From: Tubulanus polymorphus
Taxonomy: Eukaryota; Animalia; Nemertea
DNA: 42,489 nt
Direction: 5' to 3'
Assembly (NCBI RefSeq): GCF_964204645.1
Contig: NW_027437486.1
Coordinates: 1 to 42,489 of the forward strand
The position numbers and the translations under genes are program-made. Below, piece after piece: positions 1 through 10,800 of the stretch. Positions within the stretch are counted from its first letter, which is position 1. Every line of letters begins with the position of its first letter. Below the pieces are notes generated by a model. It was not told the DNA's origin, did not search any database, and worked only from the letters and a program-made list of their open reading frames with translations.

Positions 1-186
1 GAACAACAACCGCCGACACACTGACTAACGGGCGGACGACTGTCCTAGTGCCTCCCTCCCTCCCTCACTGCACCGGGTCGTAACGCTGATCATGGCCCGG
101 TCAGCACTTAGTCGTTTTCGAACAACCACCGCCGGCACACTGACGAACGGATGGACGACCGACCTACTGCCTCCCTCCCTCCCTCA

Positions 187-223
187 CTGCACCGGGTCGT
201 AACGCTGATCAAGGCCCGGTCAG
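187..223. other. Representative inverted repeat spanning the conserved box: CTG(C)ACCGGGTC-N14-GGCCCGGTCAG
   Basis: The reverse complement of GGCCCGGTCAG (213-223) is CTGACCGGGCC. It matches 187-198 with one bulged C and one G.T wobble. The loop contains the palindrome TGATCA. Confidence 0.7.
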
Positions 224-415
224 CACTTAGTCGTTTTTCGAACAACCATCACTGCCGGCACACTGATAAACGGACGGACGACCGACCTACTGCCTCCCTC
301 CCTCCCTCAATGCTCCGGGTCGTAACGCTGATCAAGGCCCGGTCAGCACTTAGTCGTTTTTCGAACTACTACCGCCGGCACACTGACGAACGGATGGACG
401 ACCGACCTACTGCCT

Positions 416-430
416 CCCTCCCTCCCTCCC
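416..430 (-). other. Representative G-quadruplex motif GGGAGGGAGGGAGGG (i-motif on + strand), present in most 124/128-bp and many 125-bp monomers
   Basis: + strand CCCTCCCTCCCTCCC has four C3 tracts with 1-nt loops, matching G3N1-7 x4 on the minus strand. The 120-bp monomers carry only three C3 tracts plus CC. Folding itself is not shown. Confidence 0.75.
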
Positions 431-939
431 TGACCGGTGCCGGGTCGTAACGCTGATCAAGGCCCGGTCAGCACTTAGTCGTTTTTCGAACTACTACCGC
501 CGGCACACTGACGAACGGATGGACGACCGACCTACTGCCTCCCTCCCTCCCTCCCTGACCAGCGCTGGGTCGTAACGCTGATCAAGGCCCGGTCAGCCCT
601 TAGTCGTTTTTCGAACAACGATCACTGCCGGCACACTGACAAACGGACGGACAACCGACGTACTGCCTCCCTCCCTCCCTCAATGCTCTGGGTCGTAACG
701 CTGATCAAGGCCCGGTCAGCACTTTGTCGTTTTTCGAACTACCACCGCCGGCACACTGACGAACGGACGGACGACCGACCTACTGCCTCCCTCCCTCCCT
801 CCCTGACCGGTGCCGGGTCGTAACGCTGATCAAGGCCCGGTCAGCACTTAGTCGTTTTTCGAACAACCACCGCCGGCACACTGACGAACGAACGGACGAC
901 CGACCTACTGCCACCCTCCCTCCCTTCCTGACCGGTGCC

Positions 940-3900
940 GGGTCGTAACGCTGTTCATGGCCCGGTCAGCACTTAGTCGTTTTTCGAACAACAACCGCCG
1001 ACACACTGACTAACGGGCGGACGACAGTCCTAGTGCCTCCCTCCCTCCCTCACTGCGCCGGGTCGTAACGCTGATCATGGACCGGTCAGCACTTAGTCGT
1101 TTTTCGAACAGCAACCGCCGACACACTGACCAACGGGCGGACGACGGACCTACTGCCTCCCTCCCTCCCTCAATGCTCCGGGTCGTAACGCTGATCAAGG
1201 CCCGGTCAGCACTTAGTCGTTTTTCGAACAACCACCGCCGGCACACTGACGACCGGACGGACGACTGACCTACTGCCTCTCTCCCTCCCTCACTGCACCG
1301 GGTCGTAACGCTGATCTAGGCCCGGTCAGCACTTAGTCGTTTTTCGAACAACAACCGCCGGCACACTGACTAACGGGCGGACGACGGACCTACTGCCTCC
1401 CTCCCTCCCTCCCTCACTGCTCCGGGTCGTAACGCTGATCAAGGCCCGGTCAGCACTTAGTCGTTTTTCGAACAACCACCGCCGGCACACTGACGAACGG
1501 ATGGACGACCGACCTACTGCCTCCCTCCCTCCCTCCCTCACTGCACCGGGTCGTAACGCTGATCAAGGCCCGGTCAGCACTTAGTCGTTTTTCGAACTAC
1601 CACCGCCGGCACACTGACGAACGGATGGACGACCGACCTACTGCCTCCCTCCCTCCCTCCCTGACCAGCGCCGGGATGTAACGCTGATCAAGGCCCGGTC
1701 AGCCCTTAGTCGTTTTTCGAACAACCACCGCCGGCACACTGACGAACGGACGGACGACCGACCTACTGCCTCCCTCCCTCCCTCACTGCACCGGGTCGTA
1801 ACGCTGATCATGGCCCGGTCAGCACTTAGTCTTTTTTCGAACTACCACCGCCGGCACACTGACGAACGGACGGACGACCGACCTACTGCCTCCCTCCCTC
1901 CCTCCCTGACCGGTGCCGGGTCGTAACGCTGATCAAGGCCCGGTCAGCACTTAGTCGTTTTTCGAACAACCACCGCCGGCACACTGACGAACGAACGGAC
2001 GACCGACCTACTGCCTCCCTCCCTCCCTCAATGCTCCGGGTCGTAACGCTGATCAAGGCCCGGTCAGCACTTAGTCGTTTTTCGAACAACCACCACCGGC
2101 ACACTGGCGAACGGACGGACGACCGACCTACTGCCTCCCTCCCTCCCTCACTGCACCGGGTCGTAACGCTGATCAAGGCCCGGTCAGCACTTAGTCGTTT
2201 TTCGAACAACCACCACCGGCACACTGACGAACGGACGGACGACCGACCTACTGCCTCCCTCCCTCCCTCCCTGACCGGTGCCGGGTCGTAACGCTGATCA
2301 AGGCCCGGTCAGCACTTAGTCGTTTTTCGAACAACCACCGCCGGCACACTGACGAACGGATGGACGACCGACCTACTGCCTCCCTCCCTCCCTCCCTCAC
2401 TGCACCGGGTCGTAACGCTGATCAAGACCCGGTCAGCACTTAGTCGTTTTTCGAACAACCACCGCCGGCACACTGACGAACGGACGGACGACCGACCTAC
2501 TGCCTCCCTCCATCCCTCACTGCACCGGGTCGTAACGCTGATCAAGGCCCGGTCAGCACTTAGTCGTTTTTCGAACTACCACCGCCGGCACACTGACGAA
2601 CGGATGGACGACCGACCTACTGCCTCCCTCCCTCCCTCCCTCACTGCACCGGATCGTAACGCTGATCAAGGCCCGGTCAGCACTTAGTCGTTTTTCGAAC
2701 AACCACCGCCGGCACACTGACGAACGGATGGACGACCGACCTACTGTCCCCCTCCCTCCCACACTGCTCCGGGTCGTAACGCTGATCAAGGCCCGGTCAG
2801 CACTTAGTCTTTTTTCGAACTACCACCGCCGGCACACTGACGAACGGACGGACGACCGACCTACTGCCTTCCTCCCTCCCTCCCTGACCGGTGCCGGGTC
2901 GTAACGCTGATCAAGGCCCGGTCAGCACTTAGTCGTTTTTCGAACAACCACCGCCGGCACACTGACGAACGAACGGACGACCGACCTACTGCCACCCTCC
3001 CTCCCTTCCTGACCGGTGCCGGGTCGTAACGCTGTTCATGGCCCGGTCAGCACTTAGTCGTTTTTCGAACAACAACCGCCGACACACTGACTAACGGGCG
3101 GACGACTGTCCTAGTGCCTCCCTCCCTCCCTCACTGCACCGGGTCGTAACGCTGATCAAGGCCCGGTCAGCACTTAGTCGTTTTTCGAACAACCACCGCC
3201 GGCACACTGACGAACGGATGGACGACCGACCTACTGCCTCCCTCCCTCCCTCCCTCCCTCACTGCACCGGGTCGTAACGCTGATCAAGGCCCGGTCAGCA
3301 CTTAGTCGTTTTTCGAACAACCACCGCCGGCACACTGACGAACGGATGGACGACCGACCTACTGCCTTCCTCCCTCCCTCACTGCTCCGGGTCGTAACGC
3401 TGATCAAGGCCCGGTCAGCACTTAGTCGTTTTTCGAACAACCACCGCCGGCACACTGACGAACGGACGGACGACCGACCTACTGCCTCCCACCCTCCCTC
3501 ACTGCACCGGGTCGTAACGCTGATCAAGGCCCGGTCAGCACTTAGTCGTTTTTCGAACTACCACCGCCGGCACACTGACGAACGCATGGACGACCGACCT
3601 ACTGCCTCCCTTCCTCCCTCCCTGACCAGCGCCGGGTCGTAACGCTGATCAAGGCCCGGTCAGTCCTTAGTCGTTTTTCGAACAACCATCACTGCCGGCA
3701 CACTGACAAACGGACGGACGACCGACCAACTGCCTCCCTCCCTCCCTCACTGCTCCGGGTCGTAACGCTGATCAAGGCCCGGTCAGCACTTAGTCGTTTT
3801 TCGAACTACCGCCGCCGGCACACTGACGAACGAACGGACGACCGACCTACTGCCACCCTCCCTCCCTTCCTGACCGGTGCCGGGTCGTAACGCTGTTCAT

Positions 3901-4495
3901 GGCCCGGTCAGCACTTAGTCGTTTTTCAAACAACAACCGCCGACACACTGACTAACGGGCGGACGACTGTCCTAGTGCCTCCCTCCCTCCCTCACTGCGC
4001 CGGGTCGTAACGCTGATCATAGCCCGGTCAGCACTTAGTCGTTTTTCGAACAACCACCGCCGGCACACTGACGAACGGATGGACGACCGACCTACTGCCT
4101 CCCTCCCTCCCTCCCTCACTGCACCGGGTCGTAACGCTGATCAAGGCCCGGTCAGCACTTAGTCGTTTTTCGAACTACCACCGCCGGCACACTGACGAAC
4201 GAACGGACGACCGACCTACTGCCACCCTCCCTCCCTTCCTGACCGGTGCCGGGTCGTAACGCTGTTCATGGCCCGGTCAGCACTTAGTCGTTTTTCAAAC
4301 AACAACCGCCGACACACTGACTAATGGGCGGACGACTGTCCTAGTGCCTCCCTCCCTCCCTCACTGCGCCGGGTCGTAACGCTGATCATAGCTCGGTCAG
4401 CACTTAGTCGTTTTTCGAACAACCACCGCCGGCACACTGACGAACGAACGGACGACCGACCTACTGCCACCCTCCCTCCCTTCCTGACCGGTGCC
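940..4495. repeat. Higher-order repeat, copy 1: 29 monomers, 3,556 bp
   Basis: I counted 29 monomer starts between 940 and 4496. The ordered series of diagnostic variants (CATGGACC, TCTAGG, GGGATGTAAC, AAGACCC, CCATCCC, GGATCG, TGTCCCCC, CGCATGG, CAGTCCTT, TTCAAAC, ATAGCTC) restarts at 4496. ORFs at 1010/4566 and 1326/4882 are offset by exactly 3,556. Confidence 0.92.
3882..4495. repeat. Nested 3-monomer (369-bp) duplication at the end of the 29-mer
   Basis: GCTGTTCATGG...TTTTTCAAAC...GATCATAGC occurs in monomers starting 3882 and 4251, 369 bp apart. The same pair occurs near 7314/7683 and 20.85/21.2 kb, but only one copy near 24.4 kb. Confidence 0.8.
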
Positions 4496-7400
4496 GGGTC
4501 GTAACGCTGTTCATGGCCCGGTCAGCACTTAGTCGTTTTTCGAACAACAACCGCCGACACACTGACTAACGGGCGGACGACAGTCCTAGTGCCTCCCTCC
4601 CTCCCTCACTGCGCCGGGTCGTAACGCTGATCATGGACCGGTCAGCACTTAGTCGTTTTTCGAAAAGCAACCGCCGACACACTGACCAACGGGCGGACGA
4701 CGGACCTACTGCCTCCCTCCCTCCCTCAATGCTCCGGGTCGTAACGCTGATCAAGGCCCGGTCAGCACTTAGTCGTTTTTCGAACAACCACCGCCGGCAC
4801 ACTGACGACCGGACGGACGACTGACCTACTGCCTCTCTCCCTCCCTCACTGCACCGGGTCGTAACGCTGATCTAGGCCCGGTCAGCACTTAGTCGTTTTT
4901 CGAACAACAACCGCCGGCACACTGACTAACGGGCGGACGACGGACCTACTGCCTCCCTCCCTCCCTCCCTCACTGCTCCGGGTCGTAACGCTGATCAAGG
5001 CCCGGTCAGCACTTAGTCGTTTTTCGAACAACCACCGCCGGCACACTGACGAACGGATGGACGACCGACCTACTGCCTCCCTCCCTCCCTCACTGCACCG
5101 GGTCGTAACGCTGATCAAGGCCCGGTCAGCACTTAGTCGTTTTTCGAACTACCACCGCCGGCACACTGACGAACGGATGGACGACCGACCTACTGCCTCC
5201 CTCCCTCCCTCCCTGACCAGCGCCGGGATGTAACGCTGATCAAGGCCCGGTCAGCCCTTAGTCGTTTTTCGAACAACCACCGCCGGCACACTGACGAACG
5301 GACGGACGACCGACCTACTGCCTCCCTCCCTCCCTCCCTGACCGGTGCCGGGTCGTAACGCTGATCAAGGCCCGGTCAGCACTTAGTCGTTTTTCGAACA
5401 ACCACCGCCGGCACACTGACGAACGAACGGACGACCGACCTACTGCCTCCCTCCCTCCCTCAATGCTCCGGGTCGTAACGCTGATCAAGGCCCGGTCAGC
5501 ACTTAGTCGTTTTTCGAACAACCACCACCGGCACACTGGCGAACGGACGGACGACCGACCTACTGCCTCCCTCCCTCCCTCACTGCACCGGGTCGTAACG
5601 CTGATCAAGGCCCGGTCAGCACTTAGTCGTTTTTCGAACAACCACCACCGGCACACTGACGAACGGACGGACGACCGACCTACTGCCTCCCTCCCTCCCT
5701 CCCTGACCGGTGCCGGGTCGTAACGCTGATCAAGGCCCGGTCAGCACTTAGTCGTTTTTCGAACAACCACCGCCGGCACACTGACGAACGGATGGACGAC
5801 CGACCTACTGCCTCCCTCCCTCCCTCCCTCACTGCACCGGGTCGTAACGCTGATCAAGACCCGGTCAGCACTTAGTCGTTTTTCGAACAACCACCGCCGG
5901 CACACTGACGAACGGACGGACGACCGACCTACTGCCTCCCTCCATCCCTCACTGCACCGGGTCGTAACGCTGATCAAGGCCCGGTCAGCACTTAGTCGTT
6001 TTTCGAACTACCACCGCCGGCACACTGACGAACGGATGGACGACCGACCTACTGCCTCCCTCCCTCCCTCCCTCACTGCACCGGATCGTAACGCTGATCA
6101 AGGCCCGGTCAGCACTTAGTCGTTTTTCGAACAACCACCGCCGGCACACTGACGAACGGATGGACGACCGACCTACTGTCCCCCTCCCTCCCACACTGCT
6201 CCGGGTCGTAACGCTGATCAAGGCCCGGTCAGCACTTAGTCTTTTTTCGAACTACCACCGCCGGCACACTGACGAACGGACGGACGACCGACCTACTGCC
6301 TTCCTCCCTCCCTCCCTGACCGGTGCCGGGTCGTAACGCTGATCAAGGCCCGGTCAGCACTTAGTCGTTTTTCGAACAACCACCGCCGGCACACTGACGA
6401 ACGAACGGACGACCGACCTACTGCCACCCTCCCTCCCTTCCTGACCGGTGCCGGGTCGTAACGCTGTTCATGGCCCGGTCAGCACTTAGTCGTTTTTCGA
6501 ACAACAACCGCCGACACACTGACTAACGGGCGGACGACTGTCCTAGTGCCTCCCTCCCTCCCTCACTGCACCGGGTCGTAACGCTGATCAAGGCCCGGTC
6601 AGCACTAAGTCGTTTTTCGAACAACCACCGCCGGCACACTGACGAACGGATGGACGACCGACCTACTGCCTCCCTCCCTCCCTCCCTCCCTCACTGCACC
6701 GGGTCGTAACGCTGATCAAGGCCCGGTCAGCACTTAGTCGTTTTTCGAACAACCACCGCCGGCACACTGACGAACGGATGGACGACCGACCTACTGCCTT
6801 CCTCCCTCCCTCACTGCTCCGGGTCGTAACGCTGATCAAGGCCCGGTCAGCACTTAGTCGTTTTTCGAACAACCACCGCCGGCACACTGACGAACGGACG
6901 GACGACCGACCTACTGCCTCCCACCCTCCCTCACTGCACCGGGTCGTAACGCTGATCAAGGCCCGGTCAGCACTTAGTCGTTTTTCGAACTACCACCGCC
7001 GGCACACTGACGAACGCATGGACGACCGACCTACTGCCTCCCTTCCTCCCTCCCTGACCAGCGCCGGGTCGTAACGCTGATCAAGGCCCGGTCAGTCCTT
7101 AGTCGTTTTTCGAACAACCATCACTGCCGGCACACTGACAAACGGACGGACGACCGACCAACTGCCTCCCTCCCTCCCTCACTGCTCCGGGTCGTAACGC
7201 TGATCAAGGCCCGGTCAGCACTTAGTCGTTTTTCGAACTACCGCCGCCGGCACACTGACGAACGAACGGACGACCGACCTACTGCCACCCTCCCTCCCTT
7301 CCTGACCGGTGCCGGGTCGTAACGCTGTTCATGGCCCGGTCAGCACTTAGTCGTTTTTCAAACAACAACCGCCGACACACTGACTAACGGGCGGACGACT

Positions 7401-7878
7401 GTCCTAGTGCCTCCCTCCCTCCCTCACTGCGCCGGGTCGTAACGCTGATCATAGCCCGGTCAGCACTTAGTCGTTTTTCGAACAACCACCGCCGGCACAC
7501 TGACGAACGGATGGACGACCGACCTACTGCCTCCCTCCCTCCCTCCCTCACTGCACCGGGTCGTAACGCTGATCAAGGCCCGGTCAGCACTTAGTCGTTT
7601 TTCGAACTACCACCGCCGGCACACTGACGAACGAACGGACGACCGACCTACTGCCACCCTCCCTCCCTTCCTGACCGGTGCCGGGTCGTAACGCTGTTCA
7701 TGGCCCGGTCAGCACTTAGTCGTTTTTCAAACAACAACCGCCGACACACTGACTAATGGGCGGACGACTGTCCTAGTGCCTCCCTCCCTCCCTCACTGCG
7801 CCGGGTCGTAACGCTGATCATAGCTCGGTCAGCACTTAGTCGTTTTTCGAACAACCACCGCCGGCACACTGACGAACG
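4496..7878. repeat. Higher-order repeat, copy 2 (lacks one 120-bp monomer and one CCCT unit)
   Basis: Same variant order as copy 1. The ORF offset drops from 3,556 to 3,432 (1883/5315, 2309/5741, 3346/6778). This is explained by one fewer CCCT near 5080 and a fused monomer near 5250-5340. Confidence 0.9.
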
Positions 7879-10800
7879 GATGGACGACCGACCTACTGCC
7901 TCCCTCCCTCCCTCCCTCACTGCACCGGGTCGTAACGCTGATCAAGGCCCGGTCAGCACTTAGCCGTTTTTCGAACTACCACCGCCGGCACACTGACGAA
8001 CGAACGGACGACCGACCTACTGCCACCCTCCCTCCCTTCCTGACCGGTGCCGGGTCGTAACGCTGTTCATGGCCCGGTCAGCACTTAGTCGTTTTTCGAA
8101 CAACAACCGCCGACACACTGACTAACGGGCGGACGACCGACCTACTGCCTCCCTCCCTCCCTCACTGCACCGGGTCGTAACGCTGATCAAGGCCCGGTCA
8201 GCACTTAGTCGTTTTTCGAACCATCACTGCCGGCACACTGACGAACGGACGGACGACCGACCTACTGCCTCCCTCCCTCCCTCCCTGACCGGTGCCGGGT
8301 CGTAACGCTGATCAAGGCCCGGTCAGCACTTAGTCGTTTTTCGAACCAACACTGACGGCAGACTAACTAACGGGCGGACGATATTCCGACTGCCTCCCTC
8401 TCTCCCTCCCTCACTGCGCCGGGTCGTAATGCTGATCAAGGCCCGGTCAGCACTTAGTCGTTTTTCGAACCATCACTGCCGGCACACTGACGAACGGACG
8501 GACGACCGACCTACTGCCTCCCTCCCTCCCTCCCTGACCGGTGAAGGGTCGTAACGCTGATCAAGGCCCGGTCAGCACTTAGTCGTTTTTCGAACCAACA
8601 CTGACGGCAGACTAACTAACGGGCGGACGATATTCCGACTGCCTCCCTCTCTCCCTCCCTCACTGCGCCGGGTCGTAATGCTGATCAAGGCCCGGTCAGC
8701 ACTTAGTCGTTTTTCGAACAACCAGCACTGCCGGCACACTGACAAACGGACGGATGACCGACCTACTGCCTCCCTCCCTCCCTCACTGCACCGGGTCGTA
8801 ACGCTGATCATGGCCCGGTCAGCACTTAATCGTTTTTCGAACAACCACCGCCGGCACACTGACGAACGGATGGACGACCGACCTACTGCCTCCCTCCCTC
8901 CCTCCCTCACTGCACCGGGTCGTAACGCTGATCAAGGCCCGGTCAGCACTTAGTCGTTTTTCGAACCAACACTGACGGCAGACTAACTAACGGGCGGACG
9001 ATTGTCCGACTGCCTCCCTCTCTCCCTCCCTCACTGCGCCGGGTCGTAATGCTGATCAAGGCCCGGTCAGCACTTAGTCGTTTTTCGAACAACCAGCACT
9101 GCCGGCACACTGACTAACGGGCGGACGACCGACCTACTGCCTCCCTCCCTCCCTCACTGCACCGGGTCGTAACGCTGATCAAGGCCCGGTCAGCACTTAG
9201 TCGTTTTTCGAACCATCACTGCCGGCACACTGACAAACGGACGGACGACCGACCTACTGCCTCCCTCCCTCCCTCACTGCACCGGGTCGTAACGCTGATC
9301 AAGGCCCGGTCAGCACTTAGTCGTTTTTCGAACTACCACCGCCGGCACACTGACGAACGAACGGACGACCGACCTACTGCCACCCTCCCTCCCTTCCTGA
9401 CCGGTGCCGGGTCGTAACGCTGTTCATGGCCTGGTCAGCACTTAGTCGTTTTTCGAACAACAACCGCCGACACACTGACTAACGGGCGGACGACTGTCCT
9501 AGTGCCTCCATCCCTCCCTCACTGCACCGGGTCGTAACGCTGATCATGGCCCGGTCAGCACTTAGTCGTTTTTCGAACAACCACCGCCGGCACACTGACG
9601 AACGGACGGACGACCGACCTACTGCCTCCCTCCCTCCCTCAATGCTCCGGGTCGTAACGCTGATCAAGGCCCGGTCAGCACTTAGTCGTTTTTCGAACAA
9701 CCATCACTGCCGGCACACTGATAAACGGACGGACGACCGACCTACTGCCTCCCTCCCTCCCTCAATGCTCCGGGTCGTAACGCTGATCAAGGCCCGGTCA
9801 GCACTTAGTCGTTTTTCGAACAACCACCGCCGGCACACTGGCGAACGGACGGACGACCGACCTACTGCCTCCCTCCCTCCATCACTGCTCCGGGTCGTAA
9901 AGCTGATCAAGGGCCGGTCAGCACTTAGTCGTTTTTCGAATAACCACCTTCGAACTACCACCGCCGGCACAATGACGAACGGACGGACGACCGACCTACT
10001 GCCTCCCTCCCTCCCTCCCTGACCGGTGCCGGGTCGTAACGCTGATCAAGGCCCGGTCAGCACTTAGTCGTTTTTCGAACAACAACCGCCGACACACTGA
10101 CTAACGGGCGGACGACTGTCCTAGTGCCTCCCTCCCTCCCTCACTGCACCGGGTCGTAACGCTGATCATGGCCCGGTCAGCACTTAGTCGTTTTCGAACA
10201 ACCACCGCCGGCACACTGACGAACGGATGGACGACCGACCTACTGCCTCCCTCCCTCCCTCACTGCACCGGGTCGTAACGCTGATCAAGGCCCGGTCAGC
10301 ACTTAGTCGTTTTTCGAACAACCATCACTGCCGGCACACTGATAAACGGACGGACGACCGACCTACTGCCTCCCTCCCTCCCTCCCTGACCGGTGCCGGG
10401 TCGTAACGCTGATCAAGGCCCGGTCAGCACTTAGTCGTTTTTCGAACAACCACCGCCGGCACACTGACGAACGAACGGACGACCGACCTACTGCCACCCT
10501 CCCTCCCTTCCTGACCGGTGCCGGGTCGTAACGCTGTTCATGGCCCGGTCAGCACTTAGTCGTTTTTCGAACAACAACCGCCGACACACTGACTAACGGG
10601 CGGACGACAGTCCTAGTGCCTCCCTCCCTCCCTCACTGCGCCGGGTCGTAACGCTGATCATGGACCGGTCAGCACTTAGTCGTTTTTCGAACAGCAACCG
10701 CCGACACACTGACCAACGGGCGGACGACGGACCTACTGCCTCCCTCCCTCCCTCAATGCGCCGGGTCGTAACGCTGATCAAGGCCCGGTCAGCACTTAGT

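Noticed and set aside
170-185. CCTCCCT recombination-hotspot (human PRDM9) core
   Set aside because: It is a by-product of (CCCT)n. The 13-mer CCNCCNTNNCCNC is not matched, the motif is specific to human alleles, and the host is unknown.
132-200. Hammerhead ribozyme: CTGACGA (CUGANGA core) in most monomers, with CCGGCAC able to pair with GTGCCGG in 125-type ends; satellite hammerheads are known in newts, schistosomes and cave crickets
   Set aside because: No GAAA follows a stem II and no NUH site precedes stem I' on the + strand. CGAAA lies on the opposite strand without CUGANGA, and common classes change the core (CTGACTA, CTGACAA, CTAACTA). An Infernal search or in vitro cleavage assay would be the final test.
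187-238. Hairpin plus T5 as a bacterial intrinsic terminator
   Set aside because: The T tract is ~10 nt away from the stem, there is no upstream gene, and the context is a eukaryote-like satellite.
230-255. CENP-B box near TTCG
   Set aside because: The required TTCG-N4-A-N2-CGGG spacing is not met on either strand.
233-260. tRNA/SINE-type Pol III B box (GTTCGAA on the minus strand)
   Set aside because: The match is partial (followed by AAA rather than NCC), with no properly spaced A box or cloverleaf.
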